From positions 14,198,001 to 14,262,000 of the forward strand of contig OZ360240.1 in the NCBI GenBank assembly GCA_977017645.1: a DNA stretch of 64,000 nucleotides, written 5' to 3'. Source of the DNA: Torpedo marmorata (taxonomy: Eukaryota). The notes under the pieces are model-generated. The model was not told the DNA's origin, searched no databases, and saw only the letters and a list, made by a program, of their open reading frames with translations. Shown here in pieces: positions 11,427 to 24,700 of the stretch (positions are counted from its first letter, which is position 1; the number at the start of each line of letters is the position of its first letter). The position numbers were made by a program, and so were the translations under genes.

Positions 11427-12296
11427 CCGTATATTTCGGCGTATAAGTCGACCCTTGAAACCATCAAAAATGTCTCAAAAAAACGGGGGTCGACTTATAC
11501 GCCAGATATACTTTTGAGACCTTAAAATCAGCTCAAAATCGAGTTCACGCTGATTCGGCGTATAAGTCGACCCCTGAAAACACGATTCGGCGTATAAGTC
11601 GACCCCTGAAAACACGATTCGGCGTATAGGTCGACCCTGGAAGCGCCTCTCCACCGCCGGCGCCGCCTCTCTACGACACCTCCCCATCGCCAGGTGCCGC
11701 CATAAACCACCCAGACATTCTACAATTGTAGAGCCCGAAGTCCCCGCTCCTACCCGGGAGAATGAGCTCCCCGCTCCTGCTTGGAAGAACGAGCTCCCCG
11801 CTCCTGCTTGGGAGAACGAGCTCCCCGCTCCTACCCGGGAGAAAGACGTCCCCGCTCCTACCCGGGAGAACGACGTCCCCGCTCCTACTCGGGAGAAAGA
11901 CGTCCCCTCTCCTGCTCGGGAGAACGAGCTCCCCGCTCCTGCTCGGGAGAAAGACGTCCCCGCTCCTGCTCGGGAGAAAGACGTCGCCGCACCTGCATCT
12001 TCCCGGCCAGAAGCGAAGGTTTTTTTTACTGTTTTTTTTACTTACCGGTACTTGCTTAATTTACAGCTTTGTTACTTGGCAATTGGGATGTTGTAACAAA
12101 TTTTGGGTTGTTGCTGGGAGGCCCAGACAGCCTGAAAATTGGGGGTCGACTTATACGCCGGTCAATGCGCAACATCTCAGGCATCGCGATTTTTGGGGGT
12201 CGACTTATACGTCGGATATACCATAAAACCATTAAATGAGGCTGAAAAAGGGGGGTCGACTTATCTGCCGGTCGACTTATACGCCGAAATATACGG
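11427..12296. mobile_element. Tc1/mariner-superfamily (pogo/Tigger-like) non-autonomous element with an internal minisatellite
   Basis: TA|ccgtatatttcggcgtataagtcgacc ... ggtcgacttatacgccgaaatatacgg|TA; CpG-rich. Confidence 0.88.
11738..11990. repeat. 27-bp GC-rich minisatellite, ~9 copies
   Basis: Unit ~ccccgctcctgctcgggagaacgagct. Confidence 0.95.
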
Positions 12297-13051
12297 TATA
12301 TTGACTTTGGTGGAATTCCCTGAACTATTAGGAAAAGTAACACCAGGTAATGCTATTGGAACATGGTCAAATCCTTTCTTTTGGGGACTACTCTCAGTGA
12401 TTGCTAGAATGCATGAAAAACTTTTATTGTGGAATATTATAATACTTGCATCTAAGTTTTAAAATCAGAACCAATGACTAAAATAGACCATAGGAATGTC
12501 TCTGACAAATTGTTCCATCTCAGGTTGCAGACAATGCGTCATTTAACATGTAATTTTCTCCATTAAAAAAAAAGCTTCACATAGGAAAACAAATCATAAT
12601 TTAAACTCTGGCTCAGTAGATACTATCCTCATCTCAAAAGATGTTTGTTTAAATCCCATCCCTGAGACAAAAAAAAATCTCAGAGCCAAAAAAAAGGCAG
12701 ATGCTGGAAATCTGAAATAAAAATCAGAAAATGCTGGAAGTATTCAAGTCAGACAGCATCTGCGTAGATAGAAACAAAGTGGAAATGCAGTCTGGTAAGT
12801 TAGTGCAGTGCAGAGGCAGCGACAGATGAGATGTTAAATCATAGTGCTATCTGCTCTCTTAAATGGATGCAAAAGACAGGACAGCAAGGAGTTATCCCAG
12901 CTGCTTTGTAATACTTAAGCCCTCGTGTAACATCTATAAATAATGATGAATGGCTGTTAGCAGTGCTGTTCGCAAGAACTTGCACTGGCTGCTGGATTTT
13001 CTCTGATGTAAATAGTAATCGCACTCTTAAAGTCATTGGATATATTACCCA

Positions 13052-13275
13052 AATCAGAATTTATTGTCATGAACATGTCACGAAATTCGTTGTTTTGCGG
13101 CAGAATTACAGGTGCAAAATTGCTATGTTACATTTTTAAAATTAGTGCAAAAGAAGAGAAAGCGAGGCAGTGTCTGTGGTTCATTGTCCATTCAAAATTC
13201 TGATGAAGAAAGGGAAGAAGCTGTTTCTGTATCGTTGGGTGTTCATCTTCAGGCTCCTGTACCTCCTTCCTGATA
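13052..13275 (-). mobile_element. Rex1/Babar LINE 3' end
   Basis: tcagaatttattgtcatgaac... matches the 57617 element tail. Confidence 0.75.
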
Positions 13276-13409
13276 CAAAAGGCACTACTGTATACAAATG
13301 CAAATCCCTTTTCAAGATTGCACGATAACCATTTTAAGTGTGTGACTGTACAGGTATGACACACTTGCCTTCAGAGATTAGAGCATAGAACAAATGAGAA
13401 AGGATATTG

Positions 13410-13900
13410 TGTTGCAACTTTACAAAACAGTGTTTAGACTGCACAGAGTTGCCAGGCTAAAGGAAGGGTGTGATTGTGTTGGACAGTGCAAAGGAGATTC
13501 ACCAGGATTTAGCCTGGGGGAGATTGGATCGGCTGGGCTTGTTTTCTCTGGAGCAAAGGAGGCTGAGAGGTGACCTGATGGACGTATGCCGAGTTGCAGA
13601 GACAGGGTAGATAGCCAAAATCTTTTTCCCATGGCAGGGGTATCGAACAAAAAGTGGCATAGGCTCAAGGTGAGATGAAGAAGTTTTAAAAAGATATGCC
13701 TTTTCAAAAAAAAAAAGTGATATCTGGAATGCAGTCAGAGGTAGTGGTGGAATAAGACACAATTACTGTGTTTAAGAGAGATGGAGACAGAAATAGACGA
13801 GGTATAGAAGGATATGGTCTGAAGAGAGGAAAATTGTATTCATGTGGATGGACATGGTGGTCCAAGGGCACATTTCTGTGCTGTATGCTTCCATAACTCA
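13410..13900 (+). mobile_element. Degenerate CR1 LINE 3' fragment
   Basis: Recalled CR1 motifs (aaggagattcaccagg, ggaggctgagaggtgacctgat). Confidence 0.7.
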
Positions 13901-14099
13901 AGAAAAGTCAAGCCTGGTTTAACTTTGCTAATTGAATAACTCTTTTCCATCCTTTCATAATTTTTTTGTTCCGCACTTCACAAGGATTTAACGAACGGGC
14001 AAGGATTTATTGTAAAAATTGCTGTGTAGTTTCAATATCAAGACATTTTTTTTTTTTTTTTTTTTAAATCACATCTTGGAATTCTTGAGAGTACAGAGA

Positions 14100-14400
14100 G
14101 CTCTGTACTCATACCACCACGTTCAGGAACAGTTGCTACTCCTCCACCATCAGACTCCTCAACAACAAACTCCATCAGGGACTTATTTAAGGACTCTTAC
14201 TTTTGCACTTTATTGATTTTTATTCTCTCTGTATTCCACAGTGTGTTTACATTTCTTTATTTGTTTACATGTGTATGTTGAGTCCGGTTTTTTTTGCACT
14301 GCAAAATAAGTGGTAATTCTGCCTCGCGGCTCGCCCACAGGAAAAAGAATCTCAGATTATATGTGATGTCATGTATGTACTCTGACAATAAATCTGAATA
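14100..14400 (+). mobile_element. Rex1-like LINE 3' end
   Basis: accacc..ttcaggaacag ... tgacaataaatctgaa tail. Confidence 0.6.
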
Positions 14401-15449
14401 CTTTGCAGCTTCGGCCATGCTGTTGAGAAAAAAAATAAGACAGTGTTTCAGATTCAAAGATCCAGACACAGGTTAGTGTCTTCATATTTCCCACAACTTG
14501 CAGTTTCTCTCTTTATCATTCCTTATCAAGCCTGTAAAGATAATGGATGTGCTGGCTATAATCTACCGAAATGTCATGCTTGCTGGTGAGGTCACAAAGG
14601 ATTGGGAAACCACAAATGTAACAATGCTATTTCAAGAATGATAGGAGACAGAAAACATGGTTGGTGCCCATCATTGGGAGAACGTTAGAATCTATTAAAG
14701 AAAGCAACAGCAGGACAATACCGATTAGAAAATCTGACAAAAGCCAAATCCCTGCAGCATTTCCTGAACTGTCAATTAAGGAGGTAAAGATAAGCTACAC
14801 TTTATTCAGAAAGGAGCCAAAAGGGAAAATGAAAAATTTGATAAACATGACATTCAGTAGTTAAATATACTGATTTACATTTTATGAATGTGCTTTCTAG
14901 TACTGTGTGCGTGAATACTCTCTCACAGTCACAAGGCAACTTTTCACATGCCTTTTTACTGGCATTCACGCATTGTGTTTATAAAAGTAATTTTGAGAAC
15001 AGTATTTCTCAATTCTTTGTAAAGCTGCCTCTCACGGCTTCACGAGTGTCTAAATTTTGTACAGTATTCTAAAATATGAGTTACTGAAGTAGGTTGGCTT
15101 CAATTCAGGATATCCATATGAAAATTGGTATCGACAACGAAAGTTATTTATCAATCGCTGAGAAGAGCTTGCATTTCTATCTGATAGAGAATGCAATTGT
15201 TGGGATAACTGCAACTAAGGGGGGGGGGGGGGGAAATACCATCATCTTCCAAAGGGGAAAAAGAATCTTCAGGGAAAATTATCTGCAAAAATCAACAGGC
15301 TTCTATAGATTCTGTTTCACATTGTGCATTTACACAAAAGGTATCCAACCCCGTATCGAATTAAGATAATGCAATAACAAGTCTTCTGTTCTGCCCATTG
15401 TGTCCATGCCAGCCAAAAATGGAAATCACTCCCACTTTCCAGCTGTTGT

Positions 15450-16615
15450 AGTCATACAGCGTGGAAACCGGCCCTTCAGCCCAACTTGCCCACACTGACC
15501 AAAATGTCCCACCTGCCTGAATTTGGCCCATATCCCTCTAACCCATCCTATCCATTTTTACTTAAACATTACAATAGTACCCACATACCCACTCCCCTCT
15601 GTGTAAAATTACCCCTCCCCCCTCATCTTAAACCTATGTCCTCTCGTTACTGATTCCCCTACTCTGGGCAAGACTCTTTGCATTCACCCGATCCATTCCT
15701 CTCAACTGTGCTCCAAGGAATAAAGTCCTAGCCTGATCAACCTCTCCCAGTAGCTCAGGTTCCAGAGCCCTGGCAATATCCTTGCAAATCTTCTTTGCAT
15801 CCTCTCCAGCTTGAGACATCTTTCTCATAGCATGGTGACCAAAACTGAACACAGTGCTCCAAGTGGTGCCTCACCAACATCTTATGCAAGTGCAACATGA
15901 CCTCCCAACTTCTATACCCAAGGCTGCCTGCTTTTTGCTCACATCTTGATGAAGGGCTCAGGCCCGAAACCTTGGTTTCCTATGTATGTTGCGTGACCAG
16001 CTGAGTTTTTCCAGCACTTTTGTGTATTAAACTACAACCACAGCATCTGCAGACCTTCTTCCTTAATTCTATACTCAGTACTCTGATGAATGAAGGACAA
16101 TGTGCCGAAAGCCTTTTGACCACTCTATCTACCCGTGATGCCACTTTCAAGGTACCATGTACCTGTACTTGTAGATACCTCTGCTCTACAACAATCCCCA
16201 GATGCCTGTCATAATGAAGTCCTACCTACATTAGATTTCCCAAAATGCAACATCTCACATTTATATGTATTAAATTCCATCAACCATTCTTCTGCTCACC
16301 TGATCAAGATCCTGCTACAATCATTGGTAACTGCCTTCACTATCTACAATACCAGACACTTCAGTGTCATCCACAAACTTGCTAATCATACCATGTTCGT
16401 TTTCATTGAAATAATTGATATAGATGACAAACAGCACTGAACCCTGTGGCACACCACTAGTCACAGGCCTCCAGTCTGAAAAACAACCTTCTACCATCAC
16501 CCTTTCTACCATGAAGCCAATTTTCTATCCATTCTGCTATCTCACCTTGGATCCAACCTTCCAGATCTGCCTACTGTGCGGAATCTTATCGAATGCCTTG
16601 CTGAAATCCATAACT
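15450..16615 (-). mobile_element. CR1 LINE fragment (RT region to 3' end), interrupted by a Penelope repeat
   Basis: ORF remnant VMVEGCFSDWRPVTSGVPQGSVL...ISKFVDDT. Confidence 0.85.
15921..16066 (+). mobile_element. Penelope-like terminal repeat inserted in CR1, with hammerhead-like core
   Basis: ttgatgaagggctcaggcccgaaac; flanking direct repeat ttctatac(c/t)ca. Confidence 0.75.
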
Positions 16616-17084
16616 GTTGGTCCATAACCAAATGTACCATGGTTCCTTGAGTACCCATACAGATGTGATGTGTTTCTATATTCACCACCCTTTCAGGCAG
16701 TGCACACCAGACCCTACTGCTTCACTGGATTCTTGCCAGCTTCTTATGTTCGCTACGAGTGGGGAAAGGGTGGTGGAATTCGCTGCAGAATTTATCACTA
16801 GTCGGCAAGATGTACAAGAATGCAGTGCTAAAGTTGAAAACAGACAAACCAGAAAACAAAATTAAAGTGCTAGAAATACTGAGCAGGTTAGGAAGCACCT
16901 GAGGAGAAACAAAAAGTCGATGTCTCAGGTAAATGGTCTTTCATCAGGATCTGAAACATTAACTCTCTCACTACTGCAGAATATTACCAGCATTCTGTGT
17001 TTTTATTTCTAATCTCAAGTATCTGAAGTTTTTCCATTTTCTGACCAGTAATACTGGTTTGGACAATGGCAGGCAAAACAGAAA

Positions 17085-17128
17085 GAGTGAGAGAGAGCAC
17101 GAGAGAGAGAGAGTGTGAGAGTGTGTGT
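17085..17128. repeat. (GA)n/(GT)n microsatellite
   Basis: Seen directly. Confidence 0.8.
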
Positions 17129-17169
17129 CCAAAACATCAATGTGATGGTGACCAATTTAGAAATGTTAG

Positions 17170-17395
17170 TTGAGGAATACTAGTGAGGATATCAAGAAGA
17201 ATTGCCTTTCTATTTTTCAGAGATGCAGGATCTTTCAGGTTTGCTGAAGATCAGACTGGGCTTCAGTTTAACATTTCATCTGCAGCACTGGGGGGAAATC
17301 AGCCCGATTTCTGTGCTCATATCTCCAAGAGTGCACTTGACCTCATAACACTTTGTCTCAGAGGTGAGCCTGCTACCTATCAAGCCATCACTGAA
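17170..17395 (-). mobile_element. Deu-domain SINE (SacSINE1/AmnSINE-like), degenerate
   Basis: Reverse strand gatgaaatgttaaactgaagcccagtctg...aaagatcc resembles recalled Deu core, preceded by a tRNA-like head. Confidence 0.55.
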
Positions 17396-17651
17396 ATATA
17401 ATTTTACATTTGTAAATGTAGACATACAGCACGGTAACAGGCCCTTCCGGCGCACGATCACGTGCTGCCCAAATACCCCAATTAACCTGCAGCCCCCGGA
17501 CGGTTTGCACTGTGTTTTGATGCCTGGCACTATCTTTTTTTTCTGTTACACGACTCTAAAAACAAATGTTTAAATTAGTAAATTAAAAATTACATCACAT
17601 GTACAATGGAATTTGACAGCTAAATCGCTGACAAAAATTATTGCTACTTAC

Positions 17652-17900
17652 AGAACTGTGACCCATATTGCTTCCAACAAAGGGTGCAAGCTCTGGTGGT
17701 ACAGGTAGAGGTTTAGCGCCAGGAATAGGATCTGATATAATCAGCCCTGATTTGGTGGTGGCAACGGGCTCAGAGATGAGGGTTCCTCCATTGCCTGAAG
17801 ACATCTGCTGCATTAACGACATTGCATGATCGGGGATTTTGGATGGATCGCTGCAGGCCTGTTGCCAACCAGGAAGCTTTTGTGTTACCATGTCCTTGCC
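17652..17900 (-). CDS. BAIAP2: BAIAP2 exon (~exon 8), IMD end plus CRIB-PR
   Basis: 249 bp, tag|...|gtaagt; GKDMVTQKLPGWQQACSDPSKIP...ISDPIPGAKPLPVPPELAPFVG. Confidence 0.96.
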
Positions 17901-19124
17901 CTATAAAAGAAAAACAATTAAAAAACTGCATTGGACAAAATCAAAATACTTTATAAACATAACAAGAAAAACAGGCAATTTTGGTCAATGTGTCAGATCT
18001 ATTAAGATAAATTAATAAAATGCTCTACTAACATTATGTTAAATAAAACTGTTTTTAGCCACTTAATTGTTTGAACATCTTTAACATTGTGTAGTTTTTG
18101 CCTGGATAACCAACAGATAACCACTGCTGGCTAAGCTACTTGTAGTGTTATAAGATTTCATATTTGGATATGTGGACAATTAAATGGCTGCAAATGAATG
18201 TTGGCACAGATGTGACAACTAGCCTCTGCAGCCCCTATTAGAAAAAAATAGTACCCCTCGCTCCTGAGCATTTCTAATAAAACCATAAATACATGTAATC
18301 ATCTGAGGACTGACTCAGAATTGCCTGCTACACATTTCAAGGTCAAATGGGCTGTTGACAATGACACGTGATTTTGTAAATGTTTAAGTGTGGCCAGCAT
18401 TTAATGCAGTAAAAGATTGTACTGTGAAAAGGAACTAATGTCTTCAGGGGAGGAGGGGACAATAGGAGATTGACAAAGAAAAAGGTAGCCAAAATTACTT
18501 GCTGTTACAGGTAAGGAAACTCATGCAAAGAAATAAGGTGTCACATTTTATTAAGGGTATTCAAAACCAAAATATCTTGTGGTTTGATTAACATGATACA
18601 AGTGGGTACTAGTGCAACTTCAAGAGCTTTCTATTGCTTATGCAGCACTATCTCCACACCACATTCACCTTAACTGTGGAATATTAATTCTTCTGGGTAA
18701 GCAGAAAGGAAATAATCCATTTCTAAACCTTGTGCTTCATGCAGTTAGATGATCTCACATAGGATGATAATAATCTCTGCCTTCCCAGATTAGAAAAAGA
18801 AATATAGTCAACTCAGGGTTCCTGCTCCAAACTTTGGGCAAAATATAAACTGATATGCATTCTTTAACAATGGAGCGCAGGTATGATGCCCAACCAAAGA
18901 GATATTGCTGGCTTTATTTGAGAAGAACTGTAAATTGAATGGCTAAATAAAGACCTACTGTCACAAGTAGAACAAACAAATTCCAAAAATTAGATGTCAG
19001 TGGAGAAGCAGAACAAAAAGAAATTGTTAATATATCTTCCGTATCTTTATTCCTCTCCGAACATTGCTGAAACGCTGCTGTGGTTGACACTAAATAAACC
19101 CAGAAGGATTTTCAAAATACTTAC

Positions 19125-19277
19125 TCTGCTATGGTACACCATGTTATTCTTGGCAACTGCACACTGCCTTTCCACCAAAAAGGAATACCGCCTACGTTCC
19201 TCGCTCAATGCCGTTTTGTATCCACTTCCAACAAAGCTCTCTAGATCAGATTGCCTTTTGCTTATGGTCTCGGTATA
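19125..19277 (-). CDS. BAIAP2: BAIAP2 exon (~exon 7), IMD/I-BAR
   Basis: 153 bp, tag|...|gtaagt; hand translation YTETISKRQSDLESFVGSGYKTALSEERRRYSFLVERQCAVAKNNMVYHSR (not in the ORF track). Confidence 0.96.
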
Positions 19278-19959
19278 CTACAGAAATGGGAAGAAGAATT
19301 GGAAACTAATTAGACGATAATGAAACAACAATGAAGGAATAAAAACTTTTCCAATTATGATTACCTGGAATGGGTTAAAGTTTGTGTATTCTAGATGACA
19401 TTTAATTTTCAATGTACATTGTTCAACATTTCCATCTTGTCAACAGAATTCTAATTGCTGTTTAGGAGCACAGCTCAAAGTGGTCATAATGAAGGAACCA
19501 CGTTGCAGTGCGGATTTTCCTGTAGAATACCCCAAATGCATTCATATGTGGTCAGAAAAATTTGGCTCAGATGATAAATATGAAAAATTGTCTGCACTTG
19601 CTACATCTATATGATAATTATCAAATGCTCCATTTCTGCGCTGCCAAAATGCAAGTTGCGTTACAATATAGAATCCAAATTTTGAAATACACAGATTGCC
19701 ATAAGTAACATAGAGTCAACTGTATTATCATAAGGATCTTCAAATACAAATTCTTGAAAGTTTTTTTTTAAATGGCAATCTATGGAATACATGGCTATTT
19801 TCTGAGGATGGTCAACTAATTTTTAATTTCATTGATTGCAATTTACAACTTTCTACAATGGGAAATAAAATCCTAACTTTTTAATTCTTAGCACAGTATA
19901 TATATTATATAGAATGCTGCAATATGTCCTCAAATGATTTATTTTAAGATTACTTCAAA

Positions 19960-20225
19960 AGCATTACTTGCTGAAAAAGATGACAATATGGAAAAAGATA
20001 GATCTTCAAATTGCTGGTTCACAGAATCCACATTTATTTAAACAAAGGATGGAACTGAAGACACGACATGATTTATTATTAACATATCCGATTGAATCAT
20101 ATTTACTTAAAATTAAGTCAAACTACTATGTACATGGTGAGAAAGTGGGGAAATTACTAGCAAATCAGATTAAACATAATTTATGTTAAACAAATGATAT
20201 CTGAGTTATAAAGGAAGATGACATA
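19960..20225 (+). mobile_element. L1-clade ORF2 fragment
   Basis: YLLKIKSNYYVHGEKVGKLLANQIK resembles L1 ORF2 (cf. YYELGERARKVLAWQLK at 48.1 kb). Confidence 0.75.
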
Positions 20226-20709
20226 TACTTTCCAATACATCATACCTCAAGTTGCATTGTAAAATATTTTCTAAAACACAAACTTTAGAGTGCTGAGATG
20301 ATGGGATACAGCAACTAAAGGTTATATTTTTACTAAATCAAAGTTACTACAATAAGCAATTGCTACTTCATAAAATGCTACAGGATGGGAGTGATTCAAC
20401 AAGCTACTTGCTGTGTTCAGTCATGAACATATCCCATCTGTGGGAGTACGAATATATAGCCCAAGTGGAAACAGACATTGCGTTAAAAGAAGTTTTAATA
20501 AAGAGTTAAGTAAACTTTAATAAGGCACTCCTAAATCTCCTTCCAAAACAAGATGATTAAGAATTGCTACTTAAAATGTGCTCTTTATTCAATGACACGA
20601 GAAGATGATTATGAAGAAATTAGAAGCAAATGCTCCTCTCTCCAGCATCTTCCATTCCAGCAAAATGTTCAGTAACACACTATACCTTTTATCTCAAGGC
20701 CTCCAACTT

Positions 20710-21745
20710 GATATATTGTACATATGCACCAAAACATTTACTTACTGCAGCTGAACAGGTAATTCATTAAAAAAAGACAACAATTGTATATAAAATTTGA
20801 ATTAAAAAGAGACAATAAATATAATAGATTGATAATAAATATTCATAGTTATCCTAATGGAAGAAAAAAGGTTAATTTGCAATAGTGAAGACAATTCTTT
20901 TGTGGTGTCGGAGCAGTCCGTGGTTAGTGTAATAAAGGAAACATCAAGAGCGTGATAGCAGTTGGAAAGAAACTGTTCATGAACATCGAGGAGCTGGTTC
21001 TTCAGGCTTCTATGAGAAGAGTATTAGTGAGAAGAGGTTATGACCAGAGTGATGGGAGTCCTTTAGGATATTGGCTGCCTTCTTGACACAGCACCTCACA
21101 TAGATGTCGACAATGGATGGGAGGTCAGAACCCGTGATGCACCTGGGTACATTTGCTACCTTCTGTAGCTTTCTGCATTCCTGAGCATTTGAATGACCAA
21201 ACCAGGCTGTGGTGCAACCTGTCAGTTTATTTTCCACACTGCATCTGTAGAAGTCTGACAGAGTACTCGATGACATGCCAATTTGAGGAGACTCCTTCGG
21301 AAGTAGAGGTGTCGGTGTGCCTTCTTCACAGTTACTTGAATGCTCTGGCTCCAGGAGAGGTCTTCTGAAATATGAACTCCCAGGTACTAATCCTCTCCAC
21401 CTCCATCCCATCAATGCAGACAGGTGATTGGTCCCTCTGCCTCCCCTTCCTAAAATCAACGATAAGATCCTTTGTCTTGGTGACGTTGAGGGAAAGATTG
21501 TTGTTCAGGCACCACCCACCCAGATTCTCGATCTCTGTTCTGTATTCGGACTCATCATCTCCAATTATTCAGCCAACAACAGTGGTGTAGTGAGCGAACT
21601 TGTAGATCGAGTTGGAACTGAACTTGGCTACACAGTCGTGAGGGAATAGAGCATGCAACCTTGGGGTGCCAGCGTTGATGGTCAGCTTGGAGGAGGTGAT
21701 GTTGCCAATTTGCACTGATTGGAGTCTGCCGATGAGGAAGTCGTA
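20710..21745 (-). mobile_element. Rex1/Babar LINE 3' part, degenerate
   Basis: Remnants DCVAKFSSNSIYKFA..TTVVG and FYRCSVEN..TGC.TAWFG..KAANILKDSHH. Confidence 0.85.
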
Positions 21746-24700
21746 ATAATTTGTAATATCACTCAACACAACTGATAGGGCACTGTGAAAGCTCCATTTA
21801 AAAGTGCCTTGATTTTACAGTCAGGTTTCAATAACTGGAATGGGAATCTGATTTATATTAAGGAGCTAATGCATAACCTGAAGTCCATGGATGACCAAAT
21901 CATGAAAACCTGAAATTTACCTCCAAATTTGCACCTGAAAAAAAGAACAGGTGACCAGATTTGAATTGTTCTCCTCATGCATTTACTTTTCGCAATAGTT
22001 TAGGAATTAGAAAAAGAATCCAAACTGGAGTCATTGATATTTGACATTCAAACAGAATTTAGTCTGATAAATTCTTGCAACTGGTAAATATCAGTACTCC
22101 AAATTAACAAATTTAACCTCAATCTATGCTGTTTCTTGTGTTATTTGTCTTAAGACTCAAGAAATACGTTCACTCAAACTATCGAATTTCATGACTTGTT
22201 CATGACAATAAATTCTGATTCTGATTCTGAATTATCGTCCTCTACATTTTCAATTTATGTTCTTGAAGTGTGAAGGAAATGCTCCTCCTGAAAATTTAAA
22301 GGGACAATGAAATACAATTGTAAAGAACCATTACCATCAGCAAGTGCATTTATGTAGTGCTTTTAGCACAGCAATATTTTCCAAAAGTGCTTCAGAAGAG
22401 TACTATCAAATAAAATCTGCACAAGGTCACAAGGCAGGCAAACAAGAGCTTTATCAAAGGGGTAGGTTTTAAGGTGGAGCTTAGAGTAAAGACATTGAAA
22501 AGCATTTTGAAATTTTATATTTTGACAAATTTCATATCCATTGGAAAAAACTATATTGAATACAAACTTCGTGTCCGTTGTAATGGATGTTATGAAAAAT
22601 AATAGCAGAGTAGGTAATGACTGAGTAAACAGAAATGTATTATACATCTAACCTTGGACAGTTGACATTTCAAGTTAAAACTGAGAAGGGAATGGAAGAC
22701 AGGCAGTATGAAAGAGGAGATGGGGAAGAGTCAGTAGGTGATAGGTGGGCTGAGGGGTGAAGGATGACAAGCAGATGGAGCCAGACAGAGGGAACGAAGG
22801 AGTGAAGTTGGGGAAGAGGCAGGAGTGACTGATGGAAACAAAGTGGAAAAGTAAATGACAGACGAAACCAGGGCTGGGGGAGGGATGGGTGAAGGTGCAG
22901 ACAGAAGTATGGTACTACCTTGTTCATGAACCCATGCAAAGAGGATTATGACTTGGCTATATATTTCTAACTTGAAACTCCCACGAGATTAAGTTTCTGT
23001 GGGATTTAGCAGTGAATAGTGGCAAGTTGATTTATATTTAAGATAAAATTATGCTTATCTTTAACCTTTCACTTAAAGACTAATTTTACTCTGATCAAGG
23101 ATGTACTTCATGATTTAACAATATTAATTGTACTTCGTAAAAAGATAAACAAACAAATCATCAGCTTTGAACCCAAATCGAGGTACATTTGGACATTAGA
23201 AATTGAAATAGTTACACTGAGGAAAATGAATAAAACTGTACAGGATGGAATGGCGAATAAGCTGGGCATAACCTCTGAGAACAAGTTTAACAGAAACAGG
23301 TTATGCAAATGCTCATCATACCTGATCGTTTGATCTCAAAACAACCCCAAGTTTTTGCTCTGAAGGGCACTTCGATTTTACCTACATTGAAATTTATAGT
23401 GGTTCTTTTAACTGGAAATTCTCGTCTATGCAAGGTTTCCTTAAACATCTTTGATCTTCAGTTGTTCGTGGAAATGACATTTTCCATAACAAACTACTGT
23501 TTTCCAATACAAATCGCATGATGAGCTGTTGCCATAGTGACAGGAACTAGGTCATACCACAAATTCTTTTCATAGCTGGGAACGGCATTACTTAAGAGAA
23601 AAAAAAACTATGGAAATCAGTTAAACTGAACAGAAACATGGCTGATACAGCGACTGCGGTTTCAGTTGAATAAAGAACGAGGCCAAGGATGAAAAAAAGT
23701 CAAATAAAACTGGCAAAGTCCTTAGCACTACCTAATTCAGCGCTCCTTCCACGAGTTATTATCCATTGTTCAGTAACTGTACAAAGATGCAACTCTTGCA
23801 CACACTGAGCCAATTAGCACTTGTATGAGTGTGATGCTGCCCTCCCCCTTCACCAATTGCACTACTGCACATTTAAAGGATGTCCTTTATAGAAGTATTT
23901 CAGGCCTTTGCCCAAATGTTTGTTCATCTTTTGATGCCTTGTATTCCAAACCAGTTTTGTTGCAATTGAGGTTCAATGGAGCAGATATACCGGTAGTCAA
24001 TTCTCCCTCCTCCTCTACATTCCAACTCATTGTATCAGTAAATTCTCCCAACTCCTGCACATTCCAATTCATTGTGTGAGTAACATCAATGTGGGAGGAT
24101 AGGAAGAAGCAATGTTTTTTTTTTAAACTTGTGTTTGGCACAAGAACTTCTGCAAAATTAGAGTATGATTTTTGAATTTTGAACTACAATTAATGTAAGA
24201 TTAACTAGATGTTTTTACAAACATCTTAACCATAGTTATCCACTGTGAACGAAACAATAAATTGGGAGTTGCAATAATAGTGCAATGAGAGCACAAATTA
24301 ATGCTCTGAGATTCTGCACATGTAATTATACAATTGAGCTATACAGTACAACATATCAGTGTAGGGGAAAAAGATGGTTGATAGGAAAATAAGCGACAGG
24401 GTGATCCATGGCAATGGTGACATGTACCCAGAAAACCCAATATCAACAATCATTTGCAGCCAATGCTACAATGGTCTTGTCCTGTCCATCCCTAATTCTC
24501 TCTTTAATCAATACCATATGTCTAGGTGATGGTGGAAGTGACATTAATCAGATTGGACAACCATGAAGCACATTTAAGCTCGTCTATCAGCAGAAAAATA
24601 AAGTGCCACTTCACGTTTTTGGGTGATGACAATTCAATTGTCAACTCCCAAAAAGCAGCTGTCAAATTTGGAGTGTTTTTACAATGAACTCGTGGACAGC

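Noticed and set aside
11555-11640. CRISPR-like short repeats
   Set aside because: No unique spacers, eukaryotic context; these are transposon subterminal repeats.
11762-12226. 154-aa repetitive ORF (SPLLLGRT)n as a gene
   Set aside because: Produced by a 27-bp minisatellite inside a TIR element.
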